Shown here one piece after another: positions 29,473 to 38,734 of a DNA stretch of 64,000 nt (positions within the stretch are counted from its first letter, which is position 1; each line of letters starts with the position of its first letter). Below the pieces are notes generated by a model. It saw only the letters and a list, made by a program, of their open reading frames with translations. It was not told the origin of the DNA and did no database searches. Source of the stretch: Pseudomonadota bacterium (lineage in GTDB: Bacteria > Pseudomonadota > Alphaproteobacteria > Caulobacterales > Hyphomonadaceae); NCBI GenBank assembly GCA_038534315.1, contig JBCAWZ010000004.1, forward strand, positions 37,837 through 101,836, written 5' to 3'. A program made the position numbers and the translations under genes.

Positions 29473-30282
29473 ATGAGCTTTCGCAACGCTGCGTCGGTTT
29501 TGATGATCGCGATTGTCATCGCGGCCTGCACGCCGAATTTGAATCAGGTCGATGTCCCCGCCGATGTTGGCGACGCGTATTTGTTACGTGAAGCCGAGTT
29601 CATGGACAGTGCCGACAGTTGTGGGCCGGAATTTGTACAAGACAAACTGCCTGGCGCCTTGAAGACCGTTATTGAGCCGCTCGCGGATGGGCCGTTCCGC
29701 CCGGTCTGTGCGCGCCATGATGCGTGTTACCGCCTCGGTGAGAAAAGCCAGGCCTGGTGTGATGACCGAATGCGCGACGAAATGTTCGCGATTTGCGATA
29801 CGGGGCAGGCGGGGGTTGCATACCGCGTCCCGGAAATTGGCCCGTCTCTGTGCAGGTTCCATGGTGGCATGTACTACCGGCTGATAAATTCAACGTTTGG
29901 TGGCGTGGCTTATGGCGGCGCCCCGGGCGGTGAGATTGCCGCCATCCGTACCCAGCGCATCGCGGACACGATTGGCCAAGACGAATTTGAAATTTGTGCC
30001 GACATTCTCAATCCAACCCTGCTGATGCAGGAGTATGACATCGAATTGCACACCGGCTCGGGTCAGATGATCGATCGCGAACCAGACTTGCACGAAGCCA
30101 ATATCCGCGCCGGAGACATCGAGACGCTTTGCGTGAGCACCAATTGGAATAGCCGCTGGGACGCTGACAATATCGGTGATGACGTCTTCTTATCGCTGCG
30201 CGCGGACACGCCCGAGAGCTTTGCCTTCTGGAACGATATGGTCATCGTCGATAGCAAACAGCTCCGCATAACAGCGCGATAG
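29473..30282 (+). CDS. Lipoprotein with phospholipase A2-like domain and C-terminal beta-rich domain
   Basis: Lipobox IAAC19, DSCGP, FRPVCARHDACY (C79-x2-H-D-x-C-Y), WCD...MFAIC. Confidence 0.7.
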   Translation: MSFRNAASVLMIAIVIAACTPNLNQVDVPADVGDAYLLREAEFMDSADSCGPEFVQDKLPGALKTVIEPLADGPFRPVCARHDACYRLGEKSQAWCDDRMRDEMFAICDTGQAGVAYRVPEIGPSLCRFHGGMYYRLINSTFGGVAYGGAPGGEIAAIRTQRIADTIGQDEFEICADILNPTLLMQEYDIELHTGSGQMIDREPDLHEANIRAGDIETLCVSTNWNSRWDADNIGDDVFLSLRADTPESFAFWNDMVIVDSKQLRITAR

Positions 30283-30468
30283 TTCGAAAGCGCTTTCTCT
30301 CCAAAACGACATCGGTGGGCTGCAGCGCCCCGCAATTTGAGACACTCGAGCGTCTGCGACGGAGCTATAGACAACAGTTCGAGTGACGGGTTTAGGGTGA
30401 GGCGCTCATAACCAAAGCATCTCTTGTTGCATGTCCCTTTGAGTGCGTTCGACAGAATTGGAGTGACC

Positions 30469-30900
30469 ATGGAGAAACACCTGGAACCGAGTGAGTCGCA
30501 ACGGGCGAAACTCATGTCTTTACCGGCGGATACACCATTGGCGGTGCTCAATCTTTTCGAGTTTCATGAGCGCGCAAATTACCAGCCCGAAGACCCAGAA
30601 TATGGAACAGATGCTGCGGAAATTTCTGGCCAAGACGCCTACCGACTTTATTCCGACATCGCGGGCGAGCTCATTCAAGCGCTTGGTGGCCGGATTGCCT
30701 TTAGCACCGCCGCGGAACAAGTCTTGATTGGGCCTGATTATGCCGACTGGGACGTGGCTGCGATCATGTATTTTCCGAGCCGCGGCGCGTTCATGCAAAT
30801 GATGATGGACCCAGGCTTTCAGGAAACATCGCGGCACAGAAAGGCTGCTTTGAAACATCACTATATGATCCATCTGAAGGGTGATGCGTTTGAGACCTGA
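30469..30900 (+). CDS. DUF1330 family protein
   Basis: PLAVLNLFEF...DAYRLY...GGRI...WDVAAIMYFPSRGAFMQMMMDP.FQ...HRKAAL. Confidence 0.85.
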   Translation: MEKHLEPSESQRAKLMSLPADTPLAVLNLFEFHERANYQPEDPEYGTDAAEISGQDAYRLYSDIAGELIQALGGRIAFSTAAEQVLIGPDYADWDVAAIMYFPSRGAFMQMMMDPGFQETSRHRKAALKHHYMIHLKGDAFET

Positions 30901-31038
30901 TTTGGCCGCCATTTCGTCTTTGCCGATCTGACAAGACGCCTTGGGCTTTGGCGGCTGATATCAGCCTCTATCGGTTTGTTCGTCGGCCGCGCGGCACTAT
31001 CGCTCGGTACGATCTTACTATGATCCGGCGAAGGTTCG

Positions 31039-31539
31039 CTAGGTTTGGGCTCGAATGAACCTTTTGAAGGCGAAGGTTGTGAAGGTCGACATGCCGATCG
31101 GCACGATAAGCAATGTGCCCAATATGTAATTGCCCGACGATGCGCGCCCGATCGCTGCGAGGGCATACAATATGCTGATGACACCGACCAGCCCGAAGAC
31201 CGTCACCGCGTGGAAATACCCATTCAGTTTCCGCTCTTCGGCGGATAATTTCAGATATGGCGTCAGCCCATAGAATGATAGGATGACGCAGCATGCGAGG
31301 GAAAAGCCGGCCGCGACGCGCCACAGCAACTGACCGTCCAGGCCGTACACAAAAAATGCAAACGGCGACAATGAGGCAATCAACAGCGCCGCACACGAGA
31401 GCACGAGACCGCTGATATGCATCTGTTCATGTGGGGGAAACTCGCCGTCTTTCGCGGCGAAGATTATGAACACGGATATCAGGCCGGCGAAGATCATTCC
31501 GATCTGGCTGAGGCCAATCAACAAACTCTCATGTTCCAT
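31039..31539 (-). CDS. Hypothetical membrane protein (about 5 TM)
   Basis: 166 aa with mostly hydrophobic helices; AGGA-like RBS (AAGGAC) upstream. Confidence 0.7.
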   Translation of the reverse strand: MEHESLLIGLSQIGMIFAGLISVFIIFAAKDGEFPPHEQMHISGLVLSCAALLIASLSPFAFFVYGLDGQLLWRVAAGFSLACCVILSFYGLTPYLKLSAEERKLNGYFHAVTVFGLVGVISILYALAAIGRASSGNYILGTLLIVPIGMSTFTTFAFKRFIRAQT

Positions 31540-31725
31540 TCGATCCCTGTCCTTCTAGTTCAACGCTGTGACGGAAAACGCAACCGTGTCTCGTACCCGG
31601 CGTCAAAGCGGACATTAGCTCAGAGGCTTAAGTCGCCTTAAAACGGTCGCTGGTAAACTGGCAAGTAGTCGTCGAGACTGGATATTTGTCGGCGGTGTTT
31701 ATGTGTCGGCTTCTTTCAATACCTG

Positions 31726-31932
31726 TCAGTTATCCAGACGATCTTCATTGATAAATATTTCTTCCAGTGGTTTTCCAAATAACTGAGCAATGGCGAACGC
31801 GAGTGGGAGGGAAGGATCAAATTTACCCGTTTCGACGGCGTTGACCGACTGGCGAGAAACCCCAAGCTTTTCGGCAAGTTGTGCCTGACTCCACCCCTGT
31901 TCCGTCCGCAGAACTTTTATGCGATTTTTCAC
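31726..31932 (-). CDS. XRE-family HTH regulator (68 aa)
   Basis: MKNRIKVLRTEQGWSQAQLAEKLGVSRQSVNAVETGKFDPSLPLAFAIAQLF; GTG start. Confidence 0.93.
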   Translation of the reverse strand: MKNRIKVLRTEQGWSQAQLAEKLGVSRQSVNAVETGKFDPSLPLAFAIAQLFGKPLEEIFINEDRLDN

Positions 31933-31945
31933 AGGGATAAGACTT

Positions 31946-32380
31946 CTATATGTATTTTGAGAGTTCGCTCGACTTGCCGTGCGCCATGTACCATCTTGTA
32001 TATTGCGCCATCAACCCGCGATAAAGCAGTAGGAATCCTGGTGCTGCAAAAATCGTCATTGGTTTTGTGTCGGTCGCGCCTAGGTAACTCAGCGCTGACA
32101 TGATGACGATGTAAACGATTACGTAAAAACCAGCTTGCGATAGCGCAAGAGTTTCCACCCGGCGTTCAAATTCATCCGGATTGCGTGAGACTTTTCGATA
32201 AATGAATGCCGTCGCTGCGATGATAGAAACCGATATTGAAGCACCAGTGTATTTTTGCCATTGCTCGTCGCTCTCAAGAAGCGCAAGCGCGATAAATCCG
32301 ACAATCATCATCGCAATAGCTGAAATCATTTGAATGGTGAATTTTCCCCATCGCAGGTCAATTTTCTCTTCGGTCATCAT
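31946..32380 (-). CDS. Four-helix membrane protein, partner of the XRE regulator (DUF2178-like)
   Basis: Four hydrophobic segments with central DEFERR motif; 13 bp upstream of the XRE gene; start at ATG 32380/32377. Confidence 0.75.
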   Translation of the reverse strand: MMTEEKIDLRWGKFTIQMISAIAMMIVGFIALALLESDEQWQKYTGASISVSIIAATAFIYRKVSRNPDEFERRVETLALSQAGFYVIVYIVIMSALSYLGATDTKPMTIFAAPGFLLLYRGLMAQYTRWYMAHGKSSELSKYI

Positions 32381-32389
32381 AATCACATC

Positions 32390-32446
32390 TGTCAAGTGTG
32401 TTTGACATAATGACAAGCTTGATTGATATGTCAAGTGTGCTTGTCA
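32390..32446. promoter_or_regulatory. Paired palindromic operators and sigma70 promoter of the membrane protein-XRE operon
   Basis: TGTCAA-gtgtgt-TTGACA (32390-32407) and TGTCAA-gtgtgc-TTGTCA (32429-32446). On the minus strand, TTGACA (32434-32429), 16 nt, CATTAT. Confidence 0.75.
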
Positions 32447-32663
32447 AGCCATTGCAATTGAAAAGCCGGGAAAGGTTTTCTGCTCAACACCGAAACACAA
32501 AAATACGACTGCTCATTTTCAAACACCATTAGGCCGATTAAGCGCAGCGTTTTGGTGATTGGAATAGTCCAAAACCGTCAAAAGGTTGCGTAATGTGAGC
32601 GTCCGAAATTCGCCCCAACTAAAACGCACGAGTATTGTTCGCTCTTGACCCAGAGCGGAACTC

Positions 32664-32694
32664 TTGAGCGCTGTTCCGGGCAATCAGCGCTCAA
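32664..32694. terminator. Hairpin after the nitrilase gene (no U-tract)
   Basis: TTGAGCGCTG-11 nt-CAGCGCTCAA. Confidence 0.4.
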
Positions 32695-32700
32695 AGCCCC

Positions 32701-33534
32701 CTACACTCGACTGAGCGGCATCTCCACGTCCAGGCCGAGCGATGGAATGCGTCGGCGGGCGTCCGCCACTTTGGCGAGATCCAGATCGGCATAAATCACG
32801 CCCGGCTCAATGCCGGCTGAGTCGGCGAGCACCTCGCCCCAAGGCGCGATGATCAGGCTGTGTCCGAAGGTTTCGCGGCCATCTTCATGTTTGCCGCCCT
32901 GGGCCGGCGCCAAGACGAAGCAGCCGGTCTCGATGGCGCGGGCCTTGAGCAGCGTGTGCCAATGCGCAGCGCCGGTGACTTTGGTGAAGGCGGCCGGCAC
33001 GGTGAGAATCTCAGCGCCTGCTTGTGCCAAGGTCCTGTAGAGATGGGGAAAGCGGACATCATAGCAGATGCTCATGCCAATCTTGCCGAGTGGCGTTTCG
33101 GCCAGCACCGCCACGTCACCGGGACGGTAGGACCGCGACTCGCGATAGGATTGGCCGTCATCGACATCGACATCGAACATATGGATCTTATCGTAACGGG
33201 CGGCGACCTTTCCGGTTGGCTCGAAAAGCAGGCTGCGATTGCTGGCCCGCGGGTCACCGTCATGCCGAACCGCAACTGACCCAATCAAGAGCCATATCTC
33301 CAGCTCGCGTGCGAGTTCCGAAAAGGCGCGCACCGAGCGATCCTCGGCCTGTTTGACGAGCTTGCCTTTGGCCTGACCCCGCCGGATGTCGAGCAAATTG
33401 GTCATTTCCGGTGTTGCTACCAATTGTGCGCCATTGGCGGCGGCCTCGCGGATCAGCGCGCTCGCGTCTGCGATGTTCGGATCGATCTCGGTTTTCGCCC
33501 GCATCTGCACGCAGGCGGCTTTCAATTGGGTCAT
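32701..33534 (-). CDS. Carbon-nitrogen hydrolase (Nit1/deaminated glutathione amidase-like)
   Basis: TPEM (Glu), YDKIHMFD (Lys), ICYDVRFP (Cys) triad; ARAIETGC, GHSLIIAPWG. Confidence 0.92.
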   Translation of the reverse strand: MTQLKAACVQMRAKTEIDPNIADASALIREAAANGAQLVATPEMTNLLDIRRGQAKGKLVKQAEDRSVRAFSELARELEIWLLIGSVAVRHDGDPRASNRSLLFEPTGKVAARYDKIHMFDVDVDDGQSYRESRSYRPGDVAVLAETPLGKIGMSICYDVRFPHLYRTLAQAGAEILTVPAAFTKVTGAAHWHTLLKARAIETGCFVLAPAQGGKHEDGRETFGHSLIIAPWGEVLADSAGIEPGVIYADLDLAKVADARRRIPSLGLDVEMPLSRV

Positions 33535-33693
33535 GGATTTGGCATAGGCCAGGACGTGCAACAGCGCTAGGTCGATCAAGCGGCTTGAAACTTACGATAT
33601 TCTCAGGCTGTATCGCGGCGTTAAGACTCGCATGCGCCCGCCGGCGTCCCTATAGTCAGTCCGACGACCAAAACACCAATGGGAGGTGTCCAA

Positions 33694-35121
33694 ATGAAAG
33701 AGTATCTGCAGTTCTACATCAATGGCGAATGGGTTGATCCCGTGGAGCCACGCACGCTGGAAGTTGAAAACCCGGCGACAGAAGAATCCTTCGCGGTCAT
33801 CTCGCTCGGGTCCAAAGCCGATGTCGACAAAGCTGTCGCGGCAGCGAAAGCGGCCTTTCCGGCATTCTCGCAAACCAGCGTCGAATATCGCGCTGAATTG
33901 CTCGACAAAATCACCGCGGGCATTCAAGCGCGCATGGGTGACATGGCGGAAGCGATCTCAGATGAGATGGGTGCGCCCATGTGGCTCGCCAATGCCGCGC
34001 AAGTTCCGGCTGGTATGGGACATTTTGCAACCACGGCGCAAATCCTGCGCGATTATGAGTTCGAAGAGACCCGAAACGGTACCGTCCTGCGGAAAGAGCC
34101 AATTGGCGTTTGCGGCTTTATTACCCCGTGGAATTGGCCGCTCAACCAGATCGCTTGTAAAGTGGCACCTGCAATTGCCGCCGGCTGCACGATGGTGCTG
34201 AAGCCGTCTGAAATCTCGCCGTTGAACGCGATCCTGTTTACTGAGATCCTGCACGAAGCCGGTGTGCCAGCTGGCGTGTTCAACCTCGTCAATGGCGATG
34301 GACCCGGCGTGGGTTCGGAACTGTCTTCGCACCCAGACGTTGAGATGGTGAGCTTTACCGGATCGACGCGCGCTGGCGTTCTGGTCGCCCAAGCCGCCGC
34401 ACCGACCGTCAAACGGGTCGCGCAAGAGCTTGGCGGCAAGTCGCCGAACATCGTGCTCGAGAGCGCCGACCTTCAAAAGGCGGTGTCCAGCGGCGTGATG
34501 GCGATGATGTCGAACACAGGTCAGTCCTGTAACGCGCCATCGCGCATGTTCGTGCCGAAGGGAAAGAATGAGGAAGCGATGAAAATCGCAGCTGCAACGG
34601 CGGAGAATGTCGGTGTTGCAATGCCACGGGAAGCCAAGCCGGGCGCCATGGGTCCAATCTCAAACGGCAATCAGTACCAGAAAGTCCAGGATCTGATCCA
34701 GGCGGGTATTGATGAAGGTGCAACTTTGCTGGCCGGCGGTACCGGTCGTCCGGAAGGCCTCAATCGTGGCTATTTCGCACGCCCAACTGTGTTCGGAAAT
34801 GTCACCAATGAGATGACAATTGCACGGGAAGAGATTTTCGGCCCTGTCCTCGTCATGATCCCTTACGACACGCTCGACGAAGCCGTCGAGATGGCAAACG
34901 ACACGGAATATGGCCTCGCCGGCTATGTTCAAGGTCCGCCAGAAGAAGCCGCGCAAGTCGCGCGTCGGATCCGTGCCGGTCAGATCCAAATCAATGGCAA
35001 AGGACCTGACTTCACGGCACCTTTCGGGGGTTACAAGCAGTCCGGCAATGGCCGCGAATGGGGCGATTATGGCTTTGAGGAGTTCCTCGAAATCAAAGCC
35101 ATGATGGGGGCAGCCGCGTAA
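33694..35121 (+). CDS. Aldehyde dehydrogenase
   Basis: ITPWNWP, KPSE, SFTGST, QELGGKSP, GQSCNAP, EEIFGPV; GGAGG RBS. Confidence 0.95.
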   Translation: MKEYLQFYINGEWVDPVEPRTLEVENPATEESFAVISLGSKADVDKAVAAAKAAFPAFSQTSVEYRAELLDKITAGIQARMGDMAEAISDEMGAPMWLANAAQVPAGMGHFATTAQILRDYEFEETRNGTVLRKEPIGVCGFITPWNWPLNQIACKVAPAIAAGCTMVLKPSEISPLNAILFTEILHEAGVPAGVFNLVNGDGPGVGSELSSHPDVEMVSFTGSTRAGVLVAQAAAPTVKRVAQELGGKSPNIVLESADLQKAVSSGVMAMMSNTGQSCNAPSRMFVPKGKNEEAMKIAAATAENVGVAMPREAKPGAMGPISNGNQYQKVQDLIQAGIDEGATLLAGGTGRPEGLNRGYFARPTVFGNVTNEMTIAREEIFGPVLVMIPYDTLDEAVEMANDTEYGLAGYVQGPPEEAAQVARRIRAGQIQINGKGPDFTAPFGGYKQSGNGREWGDYGFEEFLEIKAMMGAAA

Positions 35122-35145
35122 GGCGACCTCCTCTCCAAATAGATT

Positions 35146-35185
35146 GAAGGGTCCTGATGGGGTAAAGTCAGGACCCTTCTTTTTT
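35146..35185 (+). terminator. Intrinsic terminator
   Basis: GAAGGGTCCTGA-10 nt-TCAGGACCCTTC followed by T6. Confidence 0.85.
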
Positions 35186-35206
35186 GGTCGAATTCAGCGG
35201 TCTGCC

Positions 35207-35908
35207 TTAGAATTTGTATCCAAGACCGATGCCAAACACGACCGGGTCGATGTCGACCTCAGCATCAACGGTGGCGCCGAGAGCGGTTGTGAAATCGACC
35301 TCAACATCCGTGTTGATCCAGACCTTTTTGATGTCGGCATTGAAGGCCCAGCCGCCAGGCTGGCCATCAAGATCATAGTCAAAGCCAGCTTGAATCGCGG
35401 GGCCAAAACTCGGATCATAGTCGATCCCGTCGGCCGTAGTGCCTTCATCCTCATTGAAGAAGAAGGTCGCGTTTATGCCTGCCCCAAGATAGGGCTTGAA
35501 CGGGCCGCCCGTGTCGAAGTGATATTGAAGCGTGAGGGTCGGCGGCAGTAACCAGACATCACCGAGGTCAATGTCCGCATCATCCAATGCCCCGGGCACG
35601 GTGACACCTGTCGCTTCTACGTCGTGTGGGGTCACGGCTAAGATCAGCTCAGCGGCCCAGTTGTCGTTGAAGAAGTAAGTGATATCGAGCTCGGGAACGT
35701 ACTGATCTCCGATGTCCACATCGCCAACCAATGCCGCCCCGCCAACGGACAGATCGCCGCTCTCATCCGGGATGACGCCGAGAATTCGTCCGCGTACCAT
35801 CCATGGGCTGTCGGTTTGGGCGTTCGCCGTCATGATTGTCGCAGGAATGACAGCACTCGTCACCCATGTGCTTGCCGCAAGCGCGGTTGCTAGGAGCAGT
35901 TTTTTCAT
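35207..35908 (-). CDS. ompW: OmpW family outer membrane protein
   Basis: Signal peptide, VPELDITYFF, LLPPTLTLQYHF, PYLGAG, DIKKVW, C-terminal GYKF. Confidence 0.9.
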   Translation of the reverse strand: MKKLLLATALAASTWVTSAVIPATIMTANAQTDSPWMVRGRILGVIPDESGDLSVGGAALVGDVDIGDQYVPELDITYFFNDNWAAELILAVTPHDVEATGVTVPGALDDADIDLGDVWLLPPTLTLQYHFDTGGPFKPYLGAGINATFFFNEDEGTTADGIDYDPSFGPAIQAGFDYDLDGQPGGWAFNADIKKVWINTDVEVDFTTALGATVDAEVDIDPVVFGIGLGYKF

Positions 35909-36142
35909 CGCTCTCCCCTTTCTACTGTGGAGCTTGACCAAGCCAGCCTGCGAGGGGTCTTCCAGGAGGAAACGCATTCAGCCCGTCACCTGGACATTAG
36001 CGTCCTGGCATGCGCTCCCAAATACGTGGAACCACTTAATGACGCCGGCGTCATCTTTTTCGAGAGGGCGCCAAATTAACTTGCTGTCTCTCGCAATTCT
36101 TTGTGCCATGATCGAATATGTCGTCGAAATAAGGGGTGTGCT

Positions 36143-36757
36143 ATGGCGCTCAAACTTCATCATCTGAATGCGTCAAGATCGCAAAGAATCGTCTGGCTCT
36201 TGGCCGAACTCGATACGCCACATGAGATTGTGCACTATACGCGCAACGCGGAAACCAATCTCGCCCCGCCAGACCTATTGCAGATTCATCCGATGGGAAA
36301 ATCGCCGCTATTGGAGCATGACGGAGTGGTGATTGCAGAGACCGGCGCGATCGCCGAATATCTCGTCGAGAAATTCGACCCGGAGTTTAAGCTCCATCCA
36401 ACGCCGGAGTCGGACGACTATCCTCGGTATCTGGAATGGGTCCATTCTGCTGAAGGGGCGGTGTTCCTGCCGGGTCTGTTTGGCTTCTATCTGTTGCGCG
36501 GGGAGCTCACGGAACATCCACTGGCCGCAGCAATGGCTGCAGAGCAGGCAAAAGCGATGGACCATGTCGAGCGCCACCTTTCAAAACACGCTTACTTTGC
36601 CGGTGATGATTTCTCGGCTGCTGATTGCCTGATGGGCTTTCAACTCAATTCCGCGGAAGCGCAGGGCGCGCTTAAAACACGGCCGGCGAGCCAAGCCTGG
36701 CTTGAAAAAGTCAGAGCCCGTCCTGCCTATACTGCGATGCTGAACACGGGGATTTGA
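36143..36757 (+). CDS. Glutathione S-transferase
   Basis: SRSQRIVWLLAEL, HPMGKSP, ETGAI, FAGDDFSAAD. Confidence 0.92.
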   Translation: MALKLHHLNASRSQRIVWLLAELDTPHEIVHYTRNAETNLAPPDLLQIHPMGKSPLLEHDGVVIAETGAIAEYLVEKFDPEFKLHPTPESDDYPRYLEWVHSAEGAVFLPGLFGFYLLRGELTEHPLAAAMAAEQAKAMDHVERHLSKHAYFAGDDFSAADCLMGFQLNSAEAQGALKTRPASQAWLEKVRARPAYTAMLNTGI

Positions 36758-36825
36758 TTTCGCATTTATCTGACGTTCAGGTTGGATAAGTTATCGTTTA
36801 CGCAATAACTTAGTCGGGGTTCATT

Positions 36826-37398
36826 ATGAAATTGGGGTCACTAAAATGCATTGGCGCCCTTGCTGGACTCGCCCTGCTCGGGGCTTGCGCCACAGCCACG
36901 CCATATCAAGCCGCCGGAGACGGCAATCGCGGTTATGCAAGCCAGCAAATCGAAACCGATCGTTGGAAGGTCAGCTTTTCTGGCAACAGTATGACCGACC
37001 GCAATACTGTTGAGACATATCTGCTGTATCGCGCTGCCGAGCTGACGGATCAACGGGACTATGAATGGTTTCAGATTGTGACGCGTCAGACGGATGAGTC
37101 GAAACGCTTCGTTTCAACCGGACCTGATCCGTATTTCGGCCCCTATCACTTCAACTACTATGCCGTGACCCGCAGCGGGCGGCTTGTCTATTTCCCGACC
37201 CATTATGGTTGGCGGGGCGGGTTCCATGACCCGTTCTATAGTGGCCGCATCGATTATCGTGAGATTGTGCGTTACGAAGCGGACGCCGAAATTGTTATGG
37301 GCAAGGGCGAAACGCCGGACGGCGCTGAGTATTTCACCGCTGATGATGTGTTGGCCAATCTGGCCATGCAGATTCAACGGCCGGAGCCGATAACCTAA
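36826..37398 (+). CDS. Conserved lipoprotein (CC0125/CC1285-like)
   Basis: Lipobox LGAC, ATPYQ, GYASQQI...VSFSGNSMT.R.TVETYLLYRAAELT. Confidence 0.8.
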   Translation: MKLGSLKCIGALAGLALLGACATATPYQAAGDGNRGYASQQIETDRWKVSFSGNSMTDRNTVETYLLYRAAELTDQRDYEWFQIVTRQTDESKRFVSTGPDPYFGPYHFNYYAVTRSGRLVYFPTHYGWRGGFHDPFYSGRIDYREIVRYEADAEIVMGKGETPDGAEYFTADDVLANLAMQIQRPEPIT

Positions 37399-37417
37399 GA
37401 TCGATGATACGGCAAAG

Positions 37418-37448
37418 AAAAAGCCCGCCAACGCGGCGGGCTTTTTTT
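37418..37448. terminator. Bidirectional intrinsic terminator
   Basis: AAAAAGCCCGCC-aacgc-GGCGGGCTTTTT. Confidence 0.88.
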
Positions 37449-37466
37449 ATCGTTGTTGGACATCCG

Positions 37467-38246
37467 TTAGCGGGGTGCCATGCGGATCGCGCCGTCGAGA
37501 CGGACGTCCTCGCCATTGAAGTAACCATTGCGGCACATCTCAACGGCCAGGCCGGCATATTCGACCGGGTTACCAAGCCGGGCGGGATGCGGCACTTGTG
37601 CGCCAAGGGCTTGCTTCACATTGTCAGGTGCACCCTGCAACAGCGGTGTGTCGAAGATGCCCGGCAGAATTGTGTTGATCCGGATAAACTCACGAGACAG
37701 GTCCCGTGCGATTGGCAGCGTCATGCCGACGACGCCGCCTTTTGATGCCGAATAAGCGGCCTGGCCGATCTGGCCGTCTTCTGCCGCAACCGAAGCGGTG
37801 TTCACGATTGCGCCGCGTTCGCCATCGATTGGGTCGAGCGTCAGCATGCCGGCAGCCGATTTGGCGATACACCGAAATGTGCCGACCAGGTTGATTTGGA
37901 TGATCAGGTCGAACCGGTCTGTTGGGAAATGGCTGATTTCACCGGTTTCCTTGTTGCGGCTCGCCGTTTTGATCGCGTTGCCGGTACCGGCACAATTGAT
38001 CAGGATGCGCTCCTGACCGATTGCGGCGCGAGACTTCTCGAAGCCGGCATCAACAGATTCGTCGGACGTGACGTTGACGTTGCAGAACACACCATCGAGC
38101 TCTTTTGCCATTGCTTCGCCCTTTTCTTCGTTAAGATCGAAGAGGGCGCATTTCACACCATAGCTCGCTAATGCGCGTGCTGTGGCTGCGCCGAGACCAG
38201 ACGCACCGCCGGTAATGACCGCAGAAATATTGGAATTGAGCTCCAT
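37467..38246 (-). CDS. SDR oxidoreductase, 3-hydroxyacyl-CoA dehydrogenase type-2-like
   Basis: TGGASGLG, NCAG, NTASVAA, YSASK, RLDGAIRMAPR. Confidence 0.92.
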   Translation of the reverse strand: MELNSNISAVITGGASGLGAATARALASYGVKCALFDLNEEKGEAMAKELDGVFCNVNVTSDESVDAGFEKSRAAIGQERILINCAGTGNAIKTASRNKETGEISHFPTDRFDLIIQINLVGTFRCIAKSAAGMLTLDPIDGERGAIVNTASVAAEDGQIGQAAYSASKGGVVGMTLPIARDLSREFIRINTILPGIFDTPLLQGAPDNVKQALGAQVPHPARLGNPVEYAGLAVEMCRNGYFNGEDVRLDGAIRMAPR

Positions 38247-38308
38247 GACAGATTTCCTCGCTTTATACTTTGATGGTGTCGCTGTATAAGCAATGAAACG
38301 GACGGCCA

Positions 38309-38734
38309 ATGACTGACCCAACGGAAATTATCATAGAAAATGGCGAATCCGTGCCAACGCGTCTGCCGATTCCGACAGAACGGCAGCGCAAACGGACTGA
38401 AAAGAAACTGATTCCACGCTTGCTGAGGCTCGCGGGCCGCATTCCTTTCGCAGATGATCTGGCCGCCTCTTACTATTGTGCGACCGATCCAACGACACCT
38501 CGCAAGGCGAAGCTCGTCCTGTTTGCTGCGCTCGGCTATTTCATGCTGCCAGCCGATGCGATTCCCGATGTCATTGCAGGTTTTGGGTTCACCGATGATG
38601 CGACGGTTCTGGCAACAGCCATTGGTGTTGTCGGCGCCCATATCAAAATCGAGCATCGGATGGCGGCAGAACGGCTGTTGCGGATCACTAAGCGCGATCG
38701 TCAAGACGCGCCGTCTGATGCGACTGCGGCTTAA
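38309..38734 (+). CDS. YkvA/DUF1232 family membrane protein
   Basis: ALGYFMLPADAIPDVIAGFGFTDD. Confidence 0.88.
   Translation: MTDPTEIIIENGESVPTRLPIPTERQRKRTEKKLIPRLLRLAGRIPFADDLAASYYCATDPTTPRKAKLVLFAALGYFMLPADAIPDVIAGFGFTDDATVLATAIGVVGAHIKIEHRMAAERLLRITKRDRQDAPSDATAA

Noticed and set aside
29234-29476. 80-aa ORF upstream of the PLA2-like gene
   Set aside because: Starts inside the terminator, has no RBS and no recognisable motif.
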